Positions 18,364 through 29,824 are shown, counted from the first letter of the stretch. The stretch is 64,000 nt of DNA from an uncultured Nitrospiraceae bacterium (GCA_963846575.1 CAWJWJ010000002.1:288001-352000), one strand, 5' to 3'. The notes: a model not told the origin generated them from the sequence alone. Numbers and translations are program-made.

Positions 18364-19388
18364 AGACCCACGGCTGGTTCCGCTGTCTGGTTCGATCCCT
18401 GTCCAGCGGGAAGCTTGTCTACCTGAATGTCGAATCCTAGATCTTCGATCATCCGCCATACTTCTGCGGCAGGCTGCCCCGGTGTGGTGAGATAGCCGTT
18501 TACGAACACCGAGTCCGCCGGATAGAGCGCGAGCGGCTGCAGGCTCCGAAGATTGTGCTCCCGGCCCCCGGCAATCCGAAGCTCGGTTCGTGGATGAAGG
18601 AAGCGGAAGAGGCAGAGGGCCTTCAGGCATCGTTGCGGTGTGAGTGGAGTGCAGTGTTCTAATGGCGTGCCGGATGCGGGATGGAGTGTATTGAGTGGGA
18701 TTGAGTCCGGCTTGAGCTCACGGAGTGCCAAAGCCAAATCGATCAGGTCCTCATCGCTTTCCCCCATACCGACGATGCCACCCGAACAGATTTCCAGCCC
18801 GGCAGTACGTGCATGCCGAATGGTTGCCAACCGGTCCTGAAAAGTGTGTGTGCTGCAAATAGAAGGATGGTATGCCTCGCTGGTATTCAGATTGTGATTA
18901 ATTCGATCAACACCGGCGGCTTTGAGGTCTCTCGCTTGGCTTTCGTTGAGGAGTCCCAGGGAACAACAAACCTGGATCGGAACTTCCTGTTTGATGGACC
19001 GCACGGCTGAGGCTATTTCAACAATTTCCCTGTCCAGCGGGCTGCGCCCGCTGATCACGATGCAGTACCGCTGGGCCTTCGCGGCGGCGGCCCGGCGCGC
19101 GCCTGTCACCATTTGATCGTGGGGGAGCAATCCGTACCGCTCGATGGGAGCTGTAGAGACGGCTGATTGCGAGCAGTAGCCGCAGTCTTCCTGGCACGCA
19201 CCGCTTTTGGCATTCAGCAGCATTTGCAGCCGAACGGTTTTGCCGAAGTACCGTTCACGGACCCGAAAGGCCGCCTGCAAGAGTTCAAGGAGCTGGGAAT
19301 CCGGTGTTTGCAATACGGTGAGGCTTTCCTCGCGGGTGAGCAGCTCATCCCGCAAGGCCTTGTCGGCCAGGATCGTGAAGTCAGTCAT
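18354..19388 (-). CDS. bioB: Biotin synthase
   Basis: CQEDCGYC radical-SAM motif, NHNLNTS, CSGGIVGMGE, RIAGGRE; SD GAGGAG. Confidence 0.96.
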   Translation of the reverse strand: MTDFTILADKALRDELLTREESLTVLQTPDSQLLELLQAAFRVRERYFGKTVRLQMLLNAKSGACQEDCGYCSQSAVSTAPIERYGLLPHDQMVTGARRAAAAKAQRYCIVISGRSPLDREIVEIASAVRSIKQEVPIQVCCSLGLLNESQARDLKAAGVDRINHNLNTSEAYHPSICSTHTFQDRLATIRHARTAGLEICSGGIVGMGESDEDLIDLALALRELKPDSIPLNTLHPASGTPLEHCTPLTPQRCLKALCLFRFLHPRTELRIAGGREHNLRSLQPLALYPADSVFVNGYLTTPGQPAAEVWRMIEDLGFDIQVDKLPAGQGSNQTAEPAVGLHS

Positions 19389-19488
19389 GCACGCTACTCC
19401 TCGGAAAAATAAGTCGAGCCGGGCCACCCGCGTCGTATTCCATGCGGAAGAAGCCTATTCTGTGAAGTGAAAAAAGAGCCGAGAAACC

Positions 19489-20889
19489 CTACACGGTTTC
19501 AAACGGAGATGCAATGCCTTGATAGGGGACAGCAGGGAATCGTGAGGCCCGCTCCTCTTGATCGGTATCGGGCTTATTAGTATCGCGCCACGGGAGGGCG
19601 ACGTAGGTGTTCCAGCGCCCGCAGCGTCGGCAGCGGCCGGACCACTCCGCCAATTCATGGTGGCACTGGGTGCACTGGTAGGGAACGACGACTCGTTTTT
19701 TGAAACCCAGTGCTTTCTTCAGTTCCCCTACGGCCTCATCCATGTGCTGCTTGCGCAAATACAGATTGGCCATGATCTTGTGGAAGTCGACGAGTTGCTC
19801 CTGTGACCCGTCGAGAGTCGAGAGGACGTCATACGCGTCATCGACCATTTCCAGCCTGTAGTAGAGCTTGCCCAGGTAGAACTGAATCACGGCATTGTGG
19901 GGGTCCTGCTGGAGAGCTTCTTGATAGGCACGAATGATTTCATCGGGCTCTCCCAACTCCAAAAAGAGCTCCTCCAACCGGTGCAGAATAATGATGCTCC
20001 GGGTTTTAACATAAATTTTCTTGAGAATTTCGACGGCGTTTTTAGTCTTACCCTCTCGTACCAGGATTTCCCCGATGCCAATGTAGGCCGGCAGAAAGGT
20101 GCGGTCCTTCTTGATCGCGCCTCGGAAATAACGACGGGCTTTGTCGGGGTGGCCGCGCTCCAGAAGTTGCCGTCCGACTTCGTACATGCAGCCAATAAGG
20201 AGGTTGGCCTCGGCACGCCGCTCGCTTTCAGGCAAGTTGGCCTTGACCAGCCGATGCTGGATTTCAAGGGCATCGCTCCACTTTTCAAGCCGGATTTGAA
20301 GGTCGCGTTTGCGGATCAGGGCCATGAGATTATCGGGCTCAATGCGGAGAATGTCCTGAAGTGTCTGGAGCGCCTCTTCATACCGACGGGCGCCTTCTAG
20401 GTCCTTTGCCAACTCCAACAGGACTTCCACATTGCGATCTTCGATACGGTGAGCCTGCTGGTGGAGGCGAATGGCCTCGGTGAAGTTGCCTTCAGACCGA
20501 TAGATGTTCCCGAGCCATAGCAATGAATCCGTCCGGTTGGGGTCAATGACCAGGGCACGTTCGAAAAGGCTGACCGCCTGGGCGGTTCGTTTGGACATGA
20601 AGGCGTGCGTACCGTCACGGTGGAGCGCATCGACCTTCTCTTTGCGCCGCACCAGGCGATTGGTGCGCCAGTTCACAAAGACGTGAGTGGTCTCCTTGAT
20701 GGTGACGATGAGAGCCACCAGCGTGGCTCCGAGAGCCATTGCAAATAACACCAATGAGACCGGACTCAGCTCGAACAATGCGTCGGGGCTGGTTCGAATC
20801 GTAATCGTCCCGGGGTTGAGCTCACGAAAATAACTGTAGAGAAAAATGCCGACGCTGACGAGGAAGATCGTTGAGAGGAGCCGAAACAT
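19489..20889 (-). CDS. LapB-like TPR protein with N-terminal two-TM (LapA-like) region and C-terminal rubredoxin-like domain
   Basis: Two TM segments, many TPRs, YQCTQC..W..RCRRCGRW. Confidence 0.75.
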   Translation of the reverse strand: MFRLLSTIFLVSVGIFLYSYFRELNPGTITIRTSPDALFELSPVSLVLFAMALGATLVALIVTIKETTHVFVNWRTNRLVRRKEKVDALHRDGTHAFMSKRTAQAVSLFERALVIDPNRTDSLLWLGNIYRSEGNFTEAIRLHQQAHRIEDRNVEVLLELAKDLEGARRYEEALQTLQDILRIEPDNLMALIRKRDLQIRLEKWSDALEIQHRLVKANLPESERRAEANLLIGCMYEVGRQLLERGHPDKARRYFRGAIKKDRTFLPAYIGIGEILVREGKTKNAVEILKKIYVKTRSIIILHRLEELFLELGEPDEIIRAYQEALQQDPHNAVIQFYLGKLYYRLEMVDDAYDVLSTLDGSQEQLVDFHKIMANLYLRKQHMDEAVGELKKALGFKKRVVVPYQCTQCHHELAEWSGRCRRCGRWNTYVALPWRDTNKPDTDQEERASRFPAVPYQGIASPFETV

Positions 20890-20890
20890 C

Positions 20891-21313
20891 CTAGACCCGT
20901 TTCCGGGTGCGAGCTGGACGTGCCGTGGGCGGTGCTGGCTGAGCGGCTTTCAGTGCGCGCTCCTCCGGCAACCGGACTTGTCCTGCGTCGCTCCACAGTC
21001 GTTCGAGCGCGTAGTGTTCGCGAATATCCTTCTGGAAAATGTGAACGATGACGTCACCAAAGTCCATGACGACCCACTTGGCTGACGACGCGCCCTCAAT
21101 ACTGAGGGGAGCATGTCCCTGTGCGCTGAGAATGTTGCTCACGTGATCGGCGATCGCGCGTGCTTGACGGTCCGATTCCCCGGAGCCGATCACCAGGTAG
21201 TCGGCAATGGAAGTCAGGGAGGCGATATGCAGGATCAGGACATCGGTGGCCTTCTTATCCAGGATGGCGCTGGCCACCGCGAGAGCTTTGACCTTTGATT
21301 CAGATGCGCTCAC
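20891..21313 (-). CDS. rsfS: Ribosome silencing factor
   Basis: DKKA.D, ADYLVI, WVVMDFGDVIVHIF, R.HYALERLW. Confidence 0.95.
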   Translation of the reverse strand: MSASESKVKALAVASAILDKKATDVLILHIASLTSIADYLVIGSGESDRQARAIADHVSNILSAQGHAPLSIEGASSAKWVVMDFGDVIVHIFQKDIREHYALERLWSDAGQVRLPEERALKAAQPAPPTARPARTRKRV

Positions 21314-21980
21314 TGTCCTCCCTGTATAACCCCTGGTGAAGTATATAGGATTCGACAGAAGCGGGCAACAGATTTACCAGAGGTCGGCCCTCCCGCACGC
21401 GCCGTCTGATTTCAGACGCGGAGACGTTGCAGGGCGGCAGCCGCAGGAGAGTCAACGTTCCCCCGTGAAGAAGAACCTCGTCTGCCCGCTCTTTGCTGGA
21501 GGCGTCGAGTGCGGCCAGAGTGTCCGACCGTAGCTCGTGAAAGAAGGGAATCGCCGCCAAGGCCAGAAAACTGACGGAAGGTCGTGAAAACACCACGAAA
21601 TGACAACTGGCCAGCAACGTTTCCGGCTCTTTCCACGAAGGAAGGTCCAGAAACGCATCCAACCCGATGATGAAGAATAACTCGCTCCCGGGGGAGTATT
21701 CCTCGCGAATCGCGCGAACGGTATCGATCGAATAGGATTTGCCAGGACGGCGGATTTCGATGTCTGCGGGGGCGAACCCAGGCTCCTCCCGAAGCGCCAG
21801 CTCGACCATTCGATAGCGGTCCTGCGCAGCGGCAAGCGTGTTTGGTTGTTTGTGCGGTGGGTCACCGGTTGGAACAAACAGTATGCGGTCGAGTTGGAGG
21901 AGTTGTGTCGCGGATCGAGCGATTGATAGGTGGCACCGGTGTATCGGATTGAAGCTGCCGCCCAAGAGTCCCAACCGCAT
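21300..21980 (-). CDS. nadD: Nicotinate-nucleotide adenylyltransferase
   Basis: GGSFNPIHRCH, PPHK, SYSIDT, FIIGLD, VSASEIR. Confidence 0.95.
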   Translation of the reverse strand: MRLGLLGGSFNPIHRCHLSIARSATQLLQLDRILFVPTGDPPHKQPNTLAAAQDRYRMVELALREEPGFAPADIEIRRPGKSYSIDTVRAIREEYSPGSELFFIIGLDAFLDLPSWKEPETLLASCHFVVFSRPSVSFLALAAIPFFHELRSDTLAALDASSKERADEVLLHGGTLTLLRLPPCNVSASEIRRRVREGRPLVNLLPASVESYILHQGLYREDSERI

Positions 21981-22080
21981 GTGTAGTCGGCTTCCTGCGA
22001 GAGATCGTTGATGGTGAAGTTGTCGGCCGACCTCGGAGATCTCGATTCCGCTGCCGGGGATTCAGTTGGTGAGCGTCGGT

Positions 22081-23202
22081 TTAGAGAATGACCAGGTTGT
22101 CTCGATGAATCACTTCCTCATAGTCCTGGAGACCCGGGAGTTTTTGAATATCAATCGTCTTCAGTCCCTTGATGCGGGCCAAGGTCTCCGAAGAGAAGTT
22201 GACCAGGCCTTTGGCGCACTCCTTCCCGTCCGGGGCGAGGCAGGTGACCGGGTCGCCGGCGTCGAAATGGCCTGTACTATCAAGAATGCCGGAGGCCAGG
22301 AGGCTTTTCCCCTTCTGGACCAACGCTTCCACGGCGCCTTGATCCAGCCGTACTTGTCCACGCGGGCGTAAAGTAAACGCGATCCAGTGCTTTCGGCTGT
22401 TCAATCGGCGTTCGCGGGCAAGGAACAGGCTCCCTCCAGGCATTCCAGCGAGCACCTCCGGAAGGAGCTTCGATTGGGTGCCGTTGAGAATCAGGGTCGC
22501 CACTCCGTACTCGCCGACTTTTTTTGCGGCACGTACCTTGGTGGACATACCGCCGGTACCTTCGAAGGTGGAGGACAAGCCGGCCCGTCGTTCAATGTCC
22601 TCGGTAATGCCATGGATCAATGGAATGAGCGTCGCAGCCGGGTCTTTGCGAGGGTCGGCAGTAAACAGCCCGTCCACATCGGACAGGATCACGAGCAGAT
22701 CCGCATCCACCAGATGTGCCACCTGTGCCGCAAGGGTGTCGTTGTCCCCCACGCGCAGTTCTTCCACGGCGACGGTGTCATTTTCGTTAATGATGGGAAT
22801 CACACCGAACTTGATCAGCGTGGTGAGGGTGTGCCGGGCATTGAGAAATCGCCGTCGGTCGGCCAGGTCTTGGTGCGTCAGCAGGACTTGCGCCACCCGG
22901 AGACTCAGGCGCTCGAAAGCCTTTTCATAGGCCCACATCAGGTGGCTTTGACCCACCGCTGCGGCGGCCTGCTTCACTGGCAGGCTCTTGGGATATTCGC
23001 GCAGTCCAAGCTTCTTGATTCCGGACACCACCGCACCGGATGACACCACTAACACTTCGCGGCCTTGGGCTCGGACGTCGGCGATCTCGCCGGCAAGGCG
23101 ATCGATCCGCTCGGAGCTCAGGCCGGTTTCGCGCGATGCGACCAGGCTGCTTCCGATCTTGATGACGATGCGTTTCGCCTGTCTTAGGAGTTCGTCTCGC
23201 AC
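22081..23202 (-). CDS. proB: Glutamate 5-kinase with PUA domain
   Basis: VIKIGSS, VSSGAV, INENDTV, GDNDTL, GTGGMSTK, VIHRDNL; GTG start inside obgE 3' end. Confidence 0.96.
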   Translation of the reverse strand: MRDELLRQAKRIVIKIGSSLVASRETGLSSERIDRLAGEIADVRAQGREVLVVSSGAVVSGIKKLGLREYPKSLPVKQAAAAVGQSHLMWAYEKAFERLSLRVAQVLLTHQDLADRRRFLNARHTLTTLIKFGVIPIINENDTVAVEELRVGDNDTLAAQVAHLVDADLLVILSDVDGLFTADPRKDPAATLIPLIHGITEDIERRAGLSSTFEGTGGMSTKVRAAKKVGEYGVATLILNGTQSKLLPEVLAGMPGGSLFLARERRLNSRKHWIAFTLRPRGQVRLDQGAVEALVQKGKSLLASGILDSTGHFDAGDPVTCLAPDGKECAKGLVNFSSETLARIKGLKTIDIQKLPGLQDYEEVIHRDNLVIL

Positions 23203-24215
23203 GGGGTTTTCCGGAGAAGGTCCACCTGCTGGCCCATATAACGTACGCACTCATCCAGTCCCTCTCGAGTGGCTGCCGAAATCGGGAAGAATGGAATTTT
23301 TCGTCGTTGGCAATATTTTCTCAGCCGGTGGAGGCGCTCCCCCTCCCCCTTTACGTCGAGTTTTGTGCCCAGCACGGCAAATGGGCGCGCGGCCAGGGCG
23401 TCGTCGTAGGCCGTGAGTTCCTGGCGCATGACCTCGAAGCTGGTCACAGGGTCTTCCGTGATCCACTCGGAGATATCGATCACATGAATCAGGAGGCTGG
23501 TTCGTTCGATGTGGCGAAGAAACTGGAATCCCAGTCCCTTGCCTTCGTGAGCTCCTTCTATGAGCCCCGGAATATCAGCGATAACGAAGGATTGGGTTTC
23601 ATTCCATCGCACGACCGCCAAATTTGGCGTGAGCGTGGTGAACGGGTAGTCCGCGATCTTTGGTCTTGCTGCTGAGATGGAAGCGATCAGAGTTGATTTG
23701 CCGGCGTTTGGATAGCCGACTAATCCGACATCCGCTAGCAATTTCAGGTCGAGTCGAAGAAAGCGCTCTTCACCGGGTGTTCCCAGTTCAAACTGTGTCG
23801 GAACCCGGTTAGTTGAGGTGGCGAATCGAGAATTGCCTTTGCCCCCAAGGCCCCCCTTGGCGATAACGCAGCTCTCGCCATCCATCGTGAGATCGGCTAG
23901 GAGTTCTTGGGTCGTGTCATCAAACACCATGGTGCCGACCGGAACGGGGATGTATACATCGACGCCCCGGCGCCCCTGGCAATTGCTGCCCCCTCCGGCC
24001 TCGCCGTTTTCGGCCTCGTAATGTTTTTGGTATCGTAGATCCAGGAGGGTGCTGAGGCGCGTGGTGGACTGTACAATGACGCTGCCGCCATTCCCCCCGT
24101 CTCCGCCATCCGGGCCGCCGCGAGGAACGAATTTCTCCCTGCGAAAGCTGCAGGCCCCATTGCCGCCGTGACCGGCTTTCACAAGAACCTGGACTTGATC
24201 GACAAATGTAGCCAT
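23184..24215 (-). CDS. obgE: GTPase Obg
   Basis: Gly-rich Obg fold, GYPNAGKST, YPFTT, DIPG, FLRHIER. Confidence 0.97.
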   Translation of the reverse strand: MATFVDQVQVLVKAGHGGNGACSFRREKFVPRGGPDGGDGGNGGSVIVQSTTRLSTLLDLRYQKHYEAENGEAGGGSNCQGRRGVDVYIPVPVGTMVFDDTTQELLADLTMDGESCVIAKGGLGGKGNSRFATSTNRVPTQFELGTPGEERFLRLDLKLLADVGLVGYPNAGKSTLIASISAARPKIADYPFTTLTPNLAVVRWNETQSFVIADIPGLIEGAHEGKGLGFQFLRHIERTSLLIHVIDISEWITEDPVTSFEVMRQELTAYDDALAARPFAVLGTKLDVKGEGERLHRLRKYCQRRKIPFFPISAATREGLDECVRYMGQQVDLLRKTPCETNS

Positions 24216-24341
24216 CGCAGCAACCCCCAGACGGCGCGGTGATTCAGAGCCAGCAGTATATCGTATTCGCCGGTCCCGGGGGAGGCTGCGCGAGCGAAAG
24301 GCGCCTGGTCTGTGGAAATAATGGCGTGAACTGAGGAGAGA

Positions 24342-24605
24342 TCAGGCCTTTGCTGTCACAGGATAGACGCTGACCTTTTGTCGGCCGCGGCCACCTTCAA
24401 ATTTCACTACCCCGCCTACATAGGCAAACAGGGTATGGTCCCGGCCCAGACCGACATTGAATCCAGGGAAAAATTTCGTCCCGCGCTGGCGCACGATGAT
24501 GGACCCGGCCTTGATGGTCTCGCCGCCGTAGGCCTTAACGCCAAGGTATTGCGGATTACTGTCGCGGCCGTTCCTAGTCGAACCGCCGCCTTTGTTTGTT
24601 GCCAT
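24342..24605 (-). CDS. rpmA: 50S ribosomal protein L27
   Basis: [26 protein letters not shown]. Confidence 0.98.
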   Translation of the reverse strand: MATNKGGGSTRNGRDSNPQYLGVKAYGGETIKAGSIIVRQRGTKFFPGFNVGLGRDHTLFAYVGGVVKFEGGRGRQKVSVYPVTAKA

Positions 24606-24626
24606 GGAAGATTCCCCTTCGAATCG

Positions 24627-24941
24627 TTACTTCGTTTCGATCTCAGTGACCCGCAGCTGCGTGAACCCTTGCCGGTGGCCTCGGGTTCGACGATAATTCT
24701 TGCGGCGATGCTTCTTGAAGACCGTGATGGATCGGGTGCGTCCCTGGCGAATGATTTCCGCCGTCACGCGTGCCCCAGTGATGATCGGCTGGCCGACCAC
24801 CAGTCCGCCCTCGCCATGCAGCAGCCGCACCCGGTCGATCTGCACCGAATTCCCGACCTCCCCAGGGAGTGATTCCACCTGGAGTACCGTTCCGGATTCT
24901 ACTCGATACTGTTTCCCGCCCGTCTCAATAATAGCGTACAT
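24627..24941 (-). CDS. rplU: 50S ribosomal protein L21
   Basis: MYAIIETGGKQYRV, GHRQ. Confidence 0.98.
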   Translation of the reverse strand: MYAIIETGGKQYRVESGTVLQVESLPGEVGNSVQIDRVRLLHGEGGLVVGQPIITGARVTAEIIRQGRTRSITVFKKHRRKNYRRTRGHRQGFTQLRVTEIETK

Positions 24942-25162
24942 GTGCTTCTTTCTCCTCGTCAGCAGAACGTGAGTGTCTATCACAGCTGGAAATGAGGTGT
25001 CAAGGAGAAGTCATCCCTGTGTTGCGCCGGTGAACCGTGGGAAGCCACGAGTTCGGCTTGAGACCCGTTCCGGTGCATTTAACTCGAATCAGAACCGCCA
25101 ACGCTCCCTTGCCCGGGCTGTTGTCTTGACGCTCATTGTGACCCGCTGGTATGATCCCGCGC

Positions 25163-26077
25163 ATGTTGCAAGCCAGCGAAAAAATATGGATGGATGGGAC
25201 ATTTGTCGCCTGGGCCGATGCCCAGGTCCACGTGCTGACACACTCGCTCCACTACGGATTGGCGGCCTTTGAAGGCATCCGGTGCTACAAAGGGAAAAGC
25301 GGGTCGGCCATTTTTCGATTGCCCGAGCATGTGGATCGTCTGTTTGAATCCGCCCATATTGCATTGATTGAGATGCCCTACGACAAGAAGCAGATCACCG
25401 AGGCCATCGTCGAGACCGTGAGGATCAATCGGTTGGAAGCGTGCTACATTCGTCCCCTCGTGTACATCGGGTATGGATCCATGGGTCTCTATCCTGGGGA
25501 AAATCCCATCAAGGTAAGTATCGCTGCCTGGAAGTGGGGGACGTATTTGGGGGACGAGGCACTGTCCAAAGGAATTCGGGCAAGGGTCTCCTCATTTACG
25601 CGCCATCATGTGAATGTGTCCATGACCCGCGGGAAAATATCTGGCTACTACGTCAATTCCATTCTCGCCAAACGTGAAGTCAAGGCGGATGGTTACGACG
25701 AGGCCATCATGCTCGACCCCGAGGGGTATGTGGCGGAGGGAACGGGGGAAAACGTCTTTATCGTCAGGCGTGGTGTCCTGAAAACAACCCCCTTGACCTC
25801 GATTCTTGAGGGTATTACACGAAATTCCATCATTCAGTTGGCGAAGGAACGTAACATACCTGTGGTCGAAGAACGCTTTACACGGGACGAAATGTACGTG
25901 GCGGAGGAGGTGTTTGTCACCGGCACCGCGGCGGAACTCACACCGGTTACTGAAATCGACCAGCGGAGCATTGGCACGGGAAGGCCAGGTTCGATCACTC
26001 AGGCACTACAAAAGGCATTCTTTGAGGTTGTGGGAGGGACAGATCCTGTTCACCGGCAGTGGCTCACCCCCGTCTAG
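25163..26077 (+). CDS. ilvE: Branched-chain amino acid aminotransferase
   Basis: LHYG..FEGIR, EGTGENVF, LEGITR, GTAAE. Confidence 0.96.
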   Translation: MLQASEKIWMDGTFVAWADAQVHVLTHSLHYGLAAFEGIRCYKGKSGSAIFRLPEHVDRLFESAHIALIEMPYDKKQITEAIVETVRINRLEACYIRPLVYIGYGSMGLYPGENPIKVSIAAWKWGTYLGDEALSKGIRARVSSFTRHHVNVSMTRGKISGYYVNSILAKREVKADGYDEAIMLDPEGYVAEGTGENVFIVRRGVLKTTPLTSILEGITRNSIIQLAKERNIPVVEERFTRDEMYVAEEVFVTGTAAELTPVTEIDQRSIGTGRPGSITQALQKAFFEVVGGTDPVHRQWLTPV

Positions 26078-26193
26078 AGTTTGATTCCGTTTCTTTTTCC
26101 CCCAGCCCAAAAACATCAAATGAAACAGGGCGCTCTGCAGCCGCTTGGTTTCGCGAAGCTTGTCTAGGGACGACAGGGGGATTCGAAGAACTG

Positions 26194-26547
26194 CTAGTGG
26201 GAACCTTCGCCTGCGGGATGTGATTCCGTGGCAGGAGGCGTGGGAGCTGCAGGTGGTGTTGTGCTTGGCCCACCCGCGGCAGGTTTCTTATTCAAATCTA
26301 TGACGGTTGAGGAGAAGTTTCGTTCTTTCGCCAGAATCGCCAAGGTTAGCGAAGTGAACATGAACACAAAGGCGGTGATGACGGTGAACTTGCTCAGAAA
26401 GTTCGCCGGTCCTCGGCTGCCGAATACGGTTTGGCTTGAACCACCGAAGGCCGCACCGATTTCAGCTCCTTTGCCGGATTGCAATAGAATTGCCCCAATC
26501 ATGAGCAAACAGACGATGATGTGAATGATGACGAGTAAGGTGTACAT
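26194..26547 (-). CDS. secG: Preprotein translocase subunit SecG
   Basis: ILLQSGKGA..GAAFGG..TVFG; downstream of tpiA. Confidence 0.95.
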   Translation of the reverse strand: MYTLLVIIHIIVCLLMIGAILLQSGKGAEIGAAFGGSSQTVFGSRGPANFLSKFTVITAFVFMFTSLTLAILAKERNFSSTVIDLNKKPAAGGPSTTPPAAPTPPATESHPAGEGSH

Positions 26548-26554
26548 GTTGAAA

Positions 26555-27334
26555 TTAGGCCGTGGCAGGTTTGGACCCGAGTGCGACCGACAGGAGTGTA
26601 GCAAAACAGGCTGGGTCTAAACAAGCCCCACCCACGAGTGCACCGTCGATTTCTGAAGAATCGAGGAAACCGGCAATGTTCTGTGGCGTGACGCTGCCCC
26701 CATACAGGATCCGCACCCGGCGGCTGCTGTCTGAGTTGCTCAGCTGGTCAATGGTCTGACGGATCATTTGGTGGACCGGGACAGCATGATGGGGCGATGC
26801 GGCCCGACCGGTCCCAATGGCCCAGACAGGCTCATAGGCGATTGTCACGGACTGGAGCGCCCGCGGCTCGATTCCGGCGAGGCCGGCTCGAAGCTGACGT
26901 TGAATGACGAGGTTCGTACCGCCGGCTTCGTATTCTTGTAGTGTTTCCCCTACGCAAAGGATCGGCTGGAGGTCGTGACGAATGGCCGCGTGCACTTTCC
27001 TGTTGGTCCAGGTGTCCTGCTCCCCGAACAGATGCCGGCGCTCGGAGTGGCCTATGATGACGAAGTGGCAACCCAGATCCTTCAACATCGCGCCGGACAC
27101 TTCTCCGGTGTAGGCCCCTTTCTCCTCCCAGTAGAGATTTTGCGCACCGAATAAAAACTGCGATGTGGTTCCCAGCGCCTCACGGACTGCAGGCAGAGCC
27201 GTGAATGGCGGCGTCAGGCCCACGTCGATCCCGCTGCAGTCTGAGACCTGTTGCGTAAGTTCGCGAACGAACGCCGTAGCCTCAGAGGCAGTTTTGTTCA
27301 TTTTCCAGTTGCCGACAATAAAGCGAGTTCTCAC
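26555..27334 (-). CDS. tpiA: Triosephosphate isomerase
   Basis: GNWKMN, GHSERR, AYEPVWAIGTG, YGGSV, LVGGA; GTG start. Confidence 0.97.
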   Translation of the reverse strand: MRTRFIVGNWKMNKTASEATAFVRELTQQVSDCSGIDVGLTPPFTALPAVREALGTTSQFLFGAQNLYWEEKGAYTGEVSGAMLKDLGCHFVIIGHSERRHLFGEQDTWTNRKVHAAIRHDLQPILCVGETLQEYEAGGTNLVIQRQLRAGLAGIEPRALQSVTIAYEPVWAIGTGRAASPHHAVPVHQMIRQTIDQLSNSDSSRRVRILYGGSVTPQNIAGFLDSSEIDGALVGGACLDPACFATLLSVALGSKPATA

Positions 27335-27371
27335 GAGTCCTCGGTGGTGATGGCGAAGCGACCTAGACTCG

Positions 27372-28571
27372 CTAGGAGGTGCGATTGGGGAGTGCCGCGA
27401 GACCAGGGAGAGTTTTCCCCTCCAATAGCTCGAGTGCGGCTCCTCCACCGGTTGAAATGAACGAGATGCTTTCAGATTCTCCGGCTCGATGGATGGCGAG
27501 CGCCGTTTCTCCCCCGCCGACAATGGTCAGGGCATAGGCATTGGCGACCTCATGGGCCATTGCCAGCGTGCCTCGGGCAAAGGCATCCACTTCAAACATG
27601 CCCATGGGACCATTCCAGAGAATGGTTTTGGCGTCCTGCACAGCTTCGGAGAACAGTTTGACGGAGGCGGGGCCGATATCCAGCCCATACCAACCTTTTG
27701 GGATTTCCTGCACCGTAACGATTTTCGTCTCGGCTCCCGGTTCGCGACTGGCCGCGACTACGCAGTCCACCGGTAGATAGAACTTGACGCCGCTGGCGAA
27801 GGCGTGATCTTGAACCCCCTTGGCGAAGTCCAACATGTCATTTTCGACCAGCGATTGGCCGATCTCAAGTCCCATGGCCTTTAAAAAAGTAAAGGCCATT
27901 CCGCCGCCGATGATGACCTTGTCGACTTTTTTCCCGAGATTCTCAATCACCCCGATTTTGCCGGACACTTTGGCGCCGCCGAGAATGGCAACAAAGGGTC
28001 GAACCGGGTTTTCCACTGCCCCTTCAAGGTACTCGATTTCTTTCTTCAGCAGATAGCCGGCTGCAGCCTCCGGAATGAATTTAGTAATGCCGACTGTCGA
28101 GGCATGAGCGCGGTGCGCGGCGCCGAATGCGTCATTGATATAGACATCGGCAAGGGAAGCCAGGGCTTTGGAGAAGCCGTCGTCGTTTTTTTCTTCTCCG
28201 GGATGGAAACGAAGGTTTTCCAGCAGCATTACATCACCGGGCTGCATTTTAGCCACCAGGCCTTCCACGGCCTGACCGATACAATCCGGAGCGAAAATGA
28301 CTTCTTTGCCCAGCAGGCGTTGGAGGCGCTTGGCAATGGGGGCCAGGCTGAATTTCGGGTCGAACTTTCCTTTCGGGCGACCAAGGTGTGAGCAGAGAAT
28401 GACCTTCGCTCCTTCATCGACTGCGCGATTGATGGTCGGGAGGGTCGATCGGATTCTCGTGTCGTCGGTGATCTGCAATGACTCGTCGAGCGGGACGTTG
28501 TAGTCCGCACGAATGATGACGCGCTTCCCACCGAGCTGAACATCCTCAATGATTCGCTTCCGAAGATTCAT
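27372..28571 (-). CDS. pgk: Phosphoglycerate kinase
   Basis: DYNVP, SHLGRP, LLENLRF, GGAKVS, WNGPMG, STGGGA. Confidence 0.98.
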   Translation of the reverse strand: MNLRKRIIEDVQLGGKRVIIRADYNVPLDESLQITDDTRIRSTLPTINRAVDEGAKVILCSHLGRPKGKFDPKFSLAPIAKRLQRLLGKEVIFAPDCIGQAVEGLVAKMQPGDVMLLENLRFHPGEEKNDDGFSKALASLADVYINDAFGAAHRAHASTVGITKFIPEAAAGYLLKKEIEYLEGAVENPVRPFVAILGGAKVSGKIGVIENLGKKVDKVIIGGGMAFTFLKAMGLEIGQSLVENDMLDFAKGVQDHAFASGVKFYLPVDCVVAASREPGAETKIVTVQEIPKGWYGLDIGPASVKLFSEAVQDAKTILWNGPMGMFEVDAFARGTLAMAHEVANAYALTIVGGGETALAIHRAGESESISFISTGGGAALELLEGKTLPGLAALPNRTS

Positions 28572-28664
28572 GGCAGATCCTCACTCCTCCTGTGTATGTC
28601 CAGAACCGGTGATCTCAGGGATCGGCTGGTGCCGCAGGTCAGAAGAGCCTGGCATAAGACCAGT

Positions 28665-29684
<1,020 letters not shown>

Positions 29685-29723
29685 TCAAGAATTAAGCGGG
29701 TTGAACAGAGTGAGCCTGAGGCG

Positions 29724-29752
29724 ATAGTACTGACCGACTTTCTGCGTGTCAA
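29724..29752 (-). promoter_or_regulatory. sigma70 promoter of the gap operon
   Basis: Minus strand TTGACA-N17-TACTAT. Confidence 0.75.
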
Positions 29753-29824
29753 GCATACAAAAATGGGGAATGGTTCCAATCGATGCCGTGATTATTGGAC
29801 AGCATCACAACCAATTTGCGTGCC

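Noticed and set aside
19660..19680. CTQCH in the TPR protein as a heme-c motif
   Set aside because: It is the first half of a CxxC...CxxC rubredoxin-like site in a likely cytoplasmic domain
21981..22080. proA remnant between proB and nadD
   Set aside because: Only 100 bp with no recognisable ProA sequence; proA is probably elsewhere
26094..26193. TTCGAATCCCC on the minus strand just after secG, where a tRNA-Leu often sits
   Set aside because: No T-stem pairing, cloverleaf or CCA end can be built
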